Shown here: positions 39,102 to 53,973 of the stretch, in pieces | Position numbering within the stretch: position 1 is the stretch's first letter | Layout of the letters: the number at the start of each line of letters is the position of its first letter | Notes under the pieces: generated by a model | Told to the model about the DNA's origin: nothing | What the model saw: the letters and a program-made list of their open reading frames with translations, nothing else | Databases searched by the model: none | Made by a program: the position numbers and the translations under genes | Assembly (NCBI GenBank): GCA_965213675.1 | Contig: OZ243916.1 | Span: forward strand, 3,072,001 to 3,136,000 | Direction of reading: 5' to 3' | Length of the DNA: 64,000 nt | DNA from: an uncultured Candidatus Binatia bacterium | Lineage (GTDB): Bacteria; Desulfobacterota; Binatia; UBA9968; JAJDTQ01

Positions 39102-40673
39102 ATGGTCGTTGCGAATCCATTTACCGAGCGCGATCTGAGTCAGCTTCGGGACCGGGGCATCGCGCCCGGGCTGGCTGCAGGCCATCTTGCCGCCCTGGCC
39201 GCAGGCATGCCCCATATGGTGCTGGACCGGCCTTGCACGCCGGGCGACGGCATCACGGTTCTGGATGAGGCCGAGCTGAAACGGCTGTCGCGGCGCGGGG
39301 AGGAGGCCGCGCGCGCCGGGCGCTGTCTCAAGTTCGTCCCCGCGTCGGGGGCGGCAAGCCGCATGTTTCAGGCGCTGCTGGAAGCGCGGAACCGCGCCGG
39401 AGATGCGGCGGCAACCGTGGAGGACATCCGGGATTCCCCCGAATACCCGGCGCTGCGGGAGTTCATGGCGGGCATCGAGCGCTTCGCGTTCTATCCGGAG
39501 TTGAGAGCCGCACTGGCAAGGCAAGGGCAAAGTCTGGAGCGGCTCCGTGGAGCTGGAAGGTTCCGCGAGATTGTGGACTGCCTCCTCGAAACCGATGGAA
39601 TGGGTTACGCCGCCCTGCCCAAGGCCCTCGTCCCGTTCCATCGTCATGCGGACGACTGCCGCACGCCCGTGGCCGAGCACCTGCTGGAGGCGAGCCGGTA
39701 CGTCCGCGACCGGACCGGCAGGGTGCGCGTGCACTTGACGGTTTCCCCCGAGCATGCGCGCGCGCTGGAGGACCACGTCGCGGCGATGTGCCGGCGCTAC
39801 CAGGACCGCGAAACCTCGTTCGACGTGACTCTTTCCGCCCAGCGGCCCGATACCGAAACGTTGGCGGCGACCCTCGACAATCAGCCGTTCCGCGAACCCG
39901 ACGGGAGGCTGTCGTTCCGGCCCGGGGGCCACGGCGCGCTGCTGGCCAACCTCGACCATCTCGCCGCGGACATCGTGTTCGTCCAGAACATCGACAACGT
40001 CGCCGTCCATGCCGCAACCGCGGTTCGTTACCGGAAGGCCTTGGCCGGCATGCTGTTGGAACGGCAGGCCCGGGCGTTCCACTACTGTGACGCCCTCCGC
40101 GCCGACCCGTCACCGGCGTTGATGGACGAGGCGGCCCGCTTCGCCCGCGACGCGTTGTGCGTGTCGCTGCCAGACCGCCTCGCCAGCGCCTCCGCGGCCG
40201 AGGGCGCCGCTGTCCTGTGCGACGTCCTGGACCGTCCGCTTCGGATATGCGGCATGGTTCCCAGCGGCGGCGAGCCCGGCGGCGGCCCATTCTGGGTGCG
40301 GAGCGCCGGCGGCGCGCGCTCGCTCCAGATCGTCGAGTCGTCCCAGGTGGACATGGAGCAGCCGCGCCAAAGGGACATCTTCGCCGCGTCCACCCATTTC
40401 AACCCCGTGGACCTGGTTTGCGGCGTCCGCCGTCCCTCGGGAGCGTGCTTCGATCTTATGCGTTTCCGCGATCCGGGGAGCGCCTTCGTCTCCGTCAAGT
40501 CCAGCGGCGGCCGCCCCCTCAAGGCGCTGGAACACCCCGGCCTCTGGAACGGCGGCATGGCCCACTGGAACACGGTGTTCGTCGAGATTCCCGGCGCCGC
40601 TTTCGCGCCCGTGAAGTCCGTCCTCGACCTGCTGCGGCCACAGCACCAGCCCACCGGCGGATCGACGGATTGA
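39102..40673 (+). CDS. DUF4301-family protein (nucleotidyltransferase-like)
   Basis: KFVPASGAASRMF, LPKALVPFH, FRPGGHGALL, NIDNV, GEPGGGPFWV, THFNPVDLVC, ALEHPGLWNG motifs. Confidence 0.88.
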   Translation: MVVANPFTERDLSQLRDRGIAPGLAAGHLAALAAGMPHMVLDRPCTPGDGITVLDEAELKRLSRRGEEAARAGRCLKFVPASGAASRMFQALLEARNRAGDAAATVEDIRDSPEYPALREFMAGIERFAFYPELRAALARQGQSLERLRGAGRFREIVDCLLETDGMGYAALPKALVPFHRHADDCRTPVAEHLLEASRYVRDRTGRVRVHLTVSPEHARALEDHVAAMCRRYQDRETSFDVTLSAQRPDTETLAATLDNQPFREPDGRLSFRPGGHGALLANLDHLAADIVFVQNIDNVAVHAATAVRYRKALAGMLLERQARAFHYCDALRADPSPALMDEAARFARDALCVSLPDRLASASAAEGAAVLCDVLDRPLRICGMVPSGGEPGGGPFWVRSAGGARSLQIVESSQVDMEQPRQRDIFAASTHFNPVDLVCGVRRPSGACFDLMRFRDPGSAFVSVKSSGGRPLKALEHPGLWNGGMAHWNTVFVEIPGAAFAPVKSVLDLLRPQHQPTGGSTD

Positions 40674-41080
40674 CGCATCGAAATCAGGACCATCCCATCC
40701 TTCCGATGCGCACGGCGGCCGGAGGTTCGGACGGCGCCTTTCCGGTGGAACGATGCCTCGTGAGAACACGAACCCCCCGGCCCTCGACGCGCATGCCCGG
40801 TCGGCGTGGGATCGCCTTGGCGTGGAATCACCGTGCATTGTATTAGCGGCTGGGCAAGTCTATATTCGAATGTTTCGGTGGATGGGCGTCCGGTCCGTGT
40901 CACTCGCCCCATTGCAATGCGCGGGCGATCGTGCGCCGTTGGCATGACGCGAGGACGAGGGGGCGCCCGCGCAAACCCATCGGGCCACCGTATCGGTACG
41001 GAACGGCAAGGAAAGGCTGCATGGCACTATTCGGCACGCGGTTCTGGCGGCGGAACGCCGGCGGAGAGAAGAGGAGCGAC

Positions 41081-42178
<1,098 letters not shown>

Positions 42179-42205
42179 CGGAGTATCTCGATCCGTCATT
42201 TCCGC

Positions 42206-42270
42206 GGAACAGGCTGTGACAAAACTCTCCTCGGCCCCGAAACGAGCGGGGTTTTGTCACAGCCTGGGAA
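42206..42270. mobile_element. 57-bp mini-element with 16-bp perfect TIR and GGAA target duplication, inside a REP hairpin
   Basis: GGAA-CAGGCTGTGACAAAAC...GTTTTGTCACAGCCTG-GGAA between REP arms cgtcatttccgc / gcgggaatgacg. Confidence 0.8.
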
Positions 42271-42313
42271 GCGGGAATGACGTTGAATGACGTTGTATGA
42301 AGGCAGGACGTCG

Positions 42314-42637
42314 ATGGCTTTCCCCGTAGAGATCAACCACGTCAAGACCCAGGGCATCGTGCGCATTACCTGGGACGACGGGCACGTAGGGGAATATCCC
42401 AAGGAACACATTCGCGGCTACTGTCCCTGCGCGTTGTGCCAGGGGCACGGCTCCAGCATCGAGAAGCGCTTCGTGGAGGCGCCGGCGGCGGGCCTCGTGG
42501 CCATCGAGCCGGTGGGCAACTACGCGGTGGCTTTCCGCTGGAGCGACGGTCATGCCACGGGCATCTACACGTTCGACTACCTGCGTACGCTGTGCCCGTG
42601 CGCGGTGTGCGAGGAGAGCAAGAGCGCTGGCGCATAG
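42314..42637 (+). CDS. DUF971 (GBBH-like N-terminal) protein
   Basis: ITWDDGH, CPCALC, IEPVGNYAVAFRWSDGHATGIYTFDYLR, second CPCAVC. Confidence 0.88.
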   Translation: MAFPVEINHVKTQGIVRITWDDGHVGEYPKEHIRGYCPCALCQGHGSSIEKRFVEAPAAGLVAIEPVGNYAVAFRWSDGHATGIYTFDYLRTLCPCAVCEESKSAGA

Positions 42638-42673
42638 AGCCATTGGCGCGCCCCAAACGCGACAGGAGGAATC

Positions 42674-42973
42674 ATGGTTACCAAGGAACAGGTCTACGAA
42701 GCCCTGCTGGACTGCTACGACCCCGAGATCCCGGTGAACATCGTGGACTTGGGCCTCGTCTACGACGTGGAGGTCGCGGACGACGCCGTCGAAGTGAAAA
42801 TGACACTGACCGCGCCGGGATGCGGCATGGGCGGCATGATCGCCGCCAACGCCGAGTCCCTCATCCGGGAGATCCCCGGGGTCAAGGACGCCAGCGTCGA
42901 TCTCGTGTGGGATCCGCCCTGGGAGCCCAGCCGCATCAGCGAGGAAGCACGGCAGAAGCTCGGCATCGAATAG
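42674..42973 (+). CDS. DUF59/SufT-like Fe-S assembly protein
   Basis: YDPEIPVNIVDLGLVY, MTLTAPGCG, VWDPPW motifs. Confidence 0.92.
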   Translation: MVTKEQVYEALLDCYDPEIPVNIVDLGLVYDVEVADDAVEVKMTLTAPGCGMGGMIAANAESLIREIPGVKDASVDLVWDPPWEPSRISEEARQKLGIE

Positions 42974-42990
42974 GGCCTTGATCGGGCCAC

Positions 42991-43154
42991 CCGTGTCGTG
43001 TTCCACGTAAAAGTCGACAAATCTGCGGGTCTTTTTTCGTCGTCGGCTGCGTTGCACTTCCTCGCGTGGTAACCGCCACGGCTCGTCATCGCGCCTTGCC
43101 GACAACGAAAAATCCTGCGCTCCTTTGTCATCATTGACGTGGAACACGATACTG
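42991..43154. mobile_element. MITE-like palindromic element (family A), complete copy in opposite orientation
   Basis: Imperfect TIR tgtcgtgttccacgt...acgtggaacacgata; reverse-complement core highly similar to 2045-2130. Confidence 0.8.
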
Positions 43155-43332
43155 GCGGCAGGGCGTCCTCCGAAACCGCTCGCCCTTTGGCGCGACCGGA
43201 CACCTGGATCACGTTCAGGACGAACGTGATCCAGCCGCGTTCTCCAGCCGATTCCGCGGTTCGTCCTGAGCGCTTCGGCCGGCTCGGGACAGGCTCCGCG
43301 GAGCGTGGGCGCAGCGACGTCGAAGGACCACC

Positions 43333-49107
<5,775 letters not shown>

Positions 49108-49307
49108 ACCCACGGACGCGGAACACGGTGCCGGAAGGCACCGCATCATGTTGGAAGGCCCATGCGTCGCCTGTCACTGGTCAATTGACGACCCTTTGGC
49201 GTGTCCACCCGGGGTGGAGTCCTTGCAGGATGGGCGGGTGTTGCATTCGGCGGCCAAAACGGAAAGAAAGGGAGCAGACTTCACTGGACCACCGCAGGAG
49301 GAAACAG

Positions 49308-49922
49308 ATGATCATCGAGATGAGAACCTACACGCTCAAGCCCGGCAAGACGCCGGACTTCGAGAAGGCCTTCGAGGAAGGGCTGGAGCACCGCGCCAAG
49401 ATCTCGCCCCTGGGGGCGTTCTTCCGCTCCGAGGTTGGGCAACTGAACCAGGTGATTCACATTTGGCCGTACGAGAGCTTTGCGGAGAAGGACCGCATCG
49501 GCGCCGAGGCCCGCGCCACCGGGCACTGGCCGCCCAAGGTGCGCGACTTCATGGTGACGCAGGAAAGCAAGGTCTTCCAGCCGGCGCCTTTTTCTCCGCC
49601 GCTGGAACCCCGCCAGTTGGGCAGTATCTACGAGATCCGCACCTACACAGTGCATCCCGGCCTCATCCCGGACCTTATCAAGCGCTGGGAGGATTGCATC
49701 GAGGACCGCGTCAAGATCTCGCCCCTGGCGGGCGCATGGTTCACGACCTACGGGTCGCTCAACCAGTGGGTGCATATCTGGCCCTACAAGGACATGGGTG
49801 AACGTTCCCGGCTCCGCGCCGAGGCCATGAAGCTCCCCAACTGGCCGCCCACCACCCGCGAGATGCTGCTCCACCAGGAGAATTCCATCGTCGTGCCGGC
49901 GTCCTTCTCGCCGTTGCGCTGA
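49308..49922 (+). CDS. NIPSNAP-family protein (two domains)
   Basis: Duplicated E.RTY..PG...LNQ..HIWPY...Q....P..FSP; AGGAGG RBS. Confidence 0.9.
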   Translation: MIIEMRTYTLKPGKTPDFEKAFEEGLEHRAKISPLGAFFRSEVGQLNQVIHIWPYESFAEKDRIGAEARATGHWPPKVRDFMVTQESKVFQPAPFSPPLEPRQLGSIYEIRTYTVHPGLIPDLIKRWEDCIEDRVKISPLAGAWFTTYGSLNQWVHIWPYKDMGERSRLRAEAMKLPNWPPTTREMLLHQENSIVVPASFSPLR

Positions 49923-50142
49923 TTTTCGACAGGCGCTCTTGAGAGCGCCGCCATCGTGCTTCCGTGCCGCCGGGCGGGTGCTTGAAGGGTGAACCTCAAG
50001 TAACCGGCCGGCGGTGCGTCACTGACCACGCCCGCTGGAAAGATTTCGCCGCATTGATGGTGATGATCCTTCCATTCAACCCCGACAAACTGCGCTGGGT
50101 GGAATGACCCCGGCCTGCCGCCGGGCGTTAAGGAGTTCGACG

Positions 50143-50682
50143 ATGTCCGCCTTCGCCTTGTTCAAGCTACTTGGGGCCGTCAGCGCGTTCGCCGTCCTGC
50201 CCGCGACGGCTCTGGCGCAACATACCCACACGCACGCGGCCTCTCCCTATGCGCACACCCAGAGCGCCGAGTTCGCGACGCTCACCCCCGGCGAGGTGCG
50301 CGAGTTGCGGAACGGCGAAGGCATGGGCCTTGCGCGCGCCGCCGAGTTGAACAGTTTCCCGGGTCCCAGGCATCTTCTCGATCTCAAGGCCGAACTCGAA
50401 CTCGACCACGCACAGGTCGCGCGCATCAAGGCAGTTCACGCAAAGATGAAGGCTGGGGCCGTCGCCAAGGGCGAAGCCATCCTCCAGGCGGAGCGCCACC
50501 TCGCGAACCTCTTCGCTTCGGGACGGCCGGCAGCGGTGGAGATGACCCGCATCACCGAGCATCTCGGCATCCTCCGCGGACAACTCCAGGCCATCCACCT
50601 GCTCGCCCACATCGAGAGCGCCCGCGAACTCAGCGCCGCTCAGATCGAGAACTACGACCGGCTCCGAGGCTACCGGCGGTGA
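50143..50682 (+). CDS. Periplasmic Spy/CpxP-like protein
   Basis: Signal peptide, His-rich N-terminus, GEGMGLARAAELNSFPGPRH, LSAAQ..YDRLRGY. Confidence 0.75.
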   Translation: MSAFALFKLLGAVSAFAVLPATALAQHTHTHAASPYAHTQSAEFATLTPGEVRELRNGEGMGLARAAELNSFPGPRHLLDLKAELELDHAQVARIKAVHAKMKAGAVAKGEAILQAERHLANLFASGRPAAVEMTRITEHLGILRGQLQAIHLLAHIESARELSAAQIENYDRLRGYRR

Positions 50683-50705
50683 TATCGTCTCGGCAGTGAA
50701 ACGGC

Positions 50706-50840
50706 CGCTGATGGGGATTGCCCCGCTGTCCCAATCCAAGCGCGACAGCGACGGGTTGGGTATTGTCCAACCCCTTCTGTCACGGGATGGCAGCGTTCCT
50801 GTATTGAGACGGTAATCACCTGACAGTCTCGCCATCAGCG
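50706..50840 (+). ncRNA. Candidate multi-branched structured RNA (unassigned)
   Basis: Closing stem cgctgatgg/ccatcagcg enclosing three to four hairpins; several G-U pairs form only on the plus strand. Confidence 0.35.
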
Positions 50841-50909
50841 CCCAAAGGCAAGCGAGGAGGGCGCCGTGCGACGCGATAAGGGAGGGGGAAGATGCGAGAT
50901 GTTCGCCGC

Positions 50910-52011
50910 CTACCCCTCCTCCCCCTCCATCAGATAGCTCTGGATGAAGCGGTCGATGTCGCCGTCGAGGACGGCGTCGGCGTTGCCGAACTCCAGGTTG
51001 GTGCGATGGTCCTTGACCATGCGGTAGGGGTGCAGGACGTAGGAGCGGATCTGGCTGCCCCAGGCGATGTCCTTCTTGGCCTTGGCATAGCTGTCCCTCA
51101 TTTCCCGCTGCTTCTCCACTTCCAGTTCGTAGAGCCGTGAGCGCAGGATGCGCATGGCCATGGCCTTGTTCTTGTGTTGCGAGCGCTCGTTCTGGCAGGC
51201 CACGACGATGTTGGTGGGGAGGTGGGTGATGCGCACCGCGGAATCGGTCTTGTTGACGTGCTGGCCGCCGGCGCCGCTGGAGCGGTAGGTGTCGATGCGC
51301 AGTTCGGAGTCGTCTATTTCCACGTCGATGGTATCGTCCACCTCGGGATAGACGAATACCGAGGCGAACGACGTGTGGCGCCGGGAGTTGGCGTCAAAAG
51401 GCGAGATGCGCACCAGCCGGTGAATGCCCGCCTCGCACTTCGTGTAGCCGTAGGCGTGATTGCCGGCGATGGTGAAGGTGACGCGCTTGAGGCCCGCCTC
51501 CTCGCCGGGCTGATACTCCATGATCTCGGTCTTGTAGCCGCGCCGGTCGCCCCAGCGGAGGTACATGCGCAGCAGCATCTCGGCCCAGTCCTGGGACTCG
51601 GTACCACCGGCCCCGGGGTGCAGGGTGACGATGGCGTCCCGGTGGTCATCGGGGCCGCCCAGGAGCCGGCGAAGCTCCATCTCCGCCAGGCTGTCGGTGG
51701 CTTCGCGCAGGCGGGACTCGGTCTCTTCCAGGGCCTCGGCGTCGTTCTCTTCCTCGGCCAGATCCAGAAAGAAACGCGCCTCTTCGATGGTGGACTGGCA
51801 CTTGCCGTAGTCGTCCACGGCCTCGCGCAGCAGGGATTGTTCCTTGAGGACTTCCTGGGCCTTGTCGGCGTCGTTCCAGAAATCGGGCTTGGTGGTGAGG
51901 GTTACGAGCTCGTCGATGCGCTGCTGTTTGACTTCGACGTCAAAGGCGCCTCCGTAGCAGGGTCAGCTTGTCTTCGAGCTGTGTGAGTTGTTCGCGTGCT
52001 TCGTCAAACAT
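50910..52011 (-). CDS. prfB: Peptide chain release factor 2 (programmed +1 frameshift)
   Basis: MFDEAREQ...RRRL CTT-TGA-C at 51945-51939 with an internal GGAGG 3 nt upstream; SPF and GGQ motifs. Confidence 0.97.
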
Positions 52012-52122
52012 GATGGGCTCCTGCAACTTTTGGTGACGCTATCGCGCCTGGACAGCGATGATCATCAATATAGCGGATGTGGCGCCAACGACAAAAACGT
52101 GGCCGTCCGCGCCCGCCCCGCT

Positions 52123-52337
52123 CCTGTGTCATTCCCCTTCGTCCCCTGTGTCAGTCCCGCCCGTCCCCTGTGTCAGTCCCGCCCGTCCCCTGCGTCATTT
52201 CCGCGAAAGCGGGAATCCATGGGATGGGCCAACCGGCATGTTTCCCCACCTCACCCCGCCTGGATTTCCGCTTCCGCGGGAATGACACAGGGGACGAGGG
52301 GAATGATACAGGGGGAAATGACAGGCAGCGGGAATGA
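52123..52337. repeat. REP doublet with tandemly expanded 22-bp flanking units
   Basis: cgtcccctgtgtcagtcccgcc x2 exact plus variants, cgtcatttccgcgaaagcgggaatcc ... ggatttccgcttccgcgggaatgac, mirrored units on the right. Confidence 0.8.
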
Positions 52338-52365
52338 TGATTCGCAACTTTGGCGCTGTCATTTC

Positions 52366-52854
52366 CTATCGGGGCAGATTCCTGGCCGGCTTCGGTGCCG
52401 GCGGTGTGTCGGCCTTCAGCTCCTGCCGCAGGCGCCGCTCCAGGGCGCGCATCTCGCGTTCGTCCACGGCCGAGCGCTCGTGGTCGTATCCCAGGTTGTG
52501 CAGGATGCCGTGGATGAGCAGCGCTTCCAGTTCGTCCTCGAAGGAACGCCGCCGCTGCCGGGCCTGGCGGGCGGCCTTCTCCACGGAGATGACGACGTCG
52601 CCGATGAGGCGGTGGCCGGAGGGTAACCGCTCGCCCACGGGGAACGAGAGCACGTCAGTGGGTTCGTCGCGGGATCGGTAGCGTCCGTTCAGGTTGCGGA
52701 TCTCATCGTCGCCCACCAGCGCCACGCTCAACTCGCAGCCGTCCTGGTCCAGGAGGCGCAGAATGCGGCGTGCCTTGGTCTTGAGCGCACGTATGGGGAT
52801 TCGCCTGGCTGGCCCTCGACGTGCGATGTCTACGATGATTGAACTCTCAGCCAT
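52366..52854 (-). CDS. ybeY: rRNA maturation endoribonuclease YbeY
   Basis: LNGRYR..DEPTDVLSF, GDVVIS, IHGILHNLGYDHE motifs. Confidence 0.95.
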   Translation of the reverse strand: MAESSIIVDIARRGPARRIPIRALKTKARRILRLLDQDGCELSVALVGDDEIRNLNGRYRSRDEPTDVLSFPVGERLPSGHRLIGDVVISVEKAARQARQRRRSFEDELEALLIHGILHNLGYDHERSAVDEREMRALERRLRQELKADTPPAPKPARNLPR

Positions 52855-52941
52855 GGTGGTCGAAGGAGACCCCACACTAGACCGGGAATGGATCGGCGCG
52901 CTATTCCCGGTGCGGCCGCGTGCAGGTGATCCTCCGTCGCC

Positions 52942-53937
52942 TTATGGGTCAGCGGTGTCGCGCTCGTACGCGGTGATGATGTCCTGCACCAGGCGGTGCC
53001 GGGCCACGTCCTTCTCGGTGAAGGTGCTGAAGCGGATGCCCTCCACCCCGCGCAGGATGCGCCAGGCTTCCTTGAGCCCGGAGAGGCGGCCCGCGGGCAG
53101 GTCGATCTGGGTCACGTCGCCGGTGATGACCGCCTTGGAGCCATAGCCCAGGCGGGTGAGGAACATCTTCATCTGCTCGGGCGTGGTGTTCTGCCCCTCG
53201 TCCAGTATGACAAAGGAGTCATTGAGGGTGCGCCCGCGCATGAAGGCCAGGGGCGCCACCTCGATGCTGCCCCGGTCCAGCAGGCGCCGGGCCTTGTCGA
53301 AGTCCACCATGTCGTGCATGGCGTCGTACAGGGGACGCAGGTAGGGGTTGACCTTCTCGGCGAGGTCGCCGGGCAGGAAGCCGAGCTTCTCTCCGGCCTC
53401 CACCGCCGGGCGGGTGAGAATGATGCGCGCGTAGTTGTTCTTCATCAACTCGGACACCGCCATGGCCATGGCCAGGTACGTCTTGCCGGTTCCGGCCGGG
53501 CCGATGCCGAAGACGATGTCGTGGCGCCGGATGGCGTCGATGTAGGCTTTCTGGGCGACGCTCTTGGGGGTGATGGTGCGCTTGTGGGACGAGATGTAGA
53601 TGGTGTCGAGAAAGATCTCCTGCAGGTTGGCCCTGGCGTTGCTGCCGAGGATGCGGATGGCGTAGTCCACGTCGCTGCCGTACACGGGGTAGCCGCGTTC
53701 CAGCAGGCCGTAGAGTTGGCGCATGACTTCCCGCGCCAATTCCGAATCGGGCGGGTCGCCGAGGATCTCCATCTCGGTGCCATGTACGCGGAACTTGACC
53801 CCCAACGCCCGCTGCGCGATCTTCAGGTGCTCGTCCTGGTTGCCCAGAAGCTCCCGGAACAGCCGCGGGTCGCTGAACGCCAGATGAGGCACGGCCAGCA
53901 TGCTCTCGACAGTGGCTTGACTCACGCGGTCTCCCAT
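52942..53937 (-). CDS. phoH: PhoH-like ATPase
   Basis: [46 protein letters not shown] motifs. Confidence 0.95.
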   Translation of the reverse strand: MGDRVSQATVESMLAVPHLAFSDPRLFRELLGNQDEHLKIAQRALGVKFRVHGTEMEILGDPPDSELAREVMRQLYGLLERGYPVYGSDVDYAIRILGSNARANLQEIFLDTIYISSHKRTITPKSVAQKAYIDAIRRHDIVFGIGPAGTGKTYLAMAMAVSELMKNNYARIILTRPAVEAGEKLGFLPGDLAEKVNPYLRPLYDAMHDMVDFDKARRLLDRGSIEVAPLAFMRGRTLNDSFVILDEGQNTTPEQMKMFLTRLGYGSKAVITGDVTQIDLPAGRLSGLKEAWRILRGVEGIRFSTFTEKDVARHRLVQDIITAYERDTADP

Positions 53938-53973
53938 GGAGTGACGGTGACGACGTCCATCAAGAAAGCCGGA

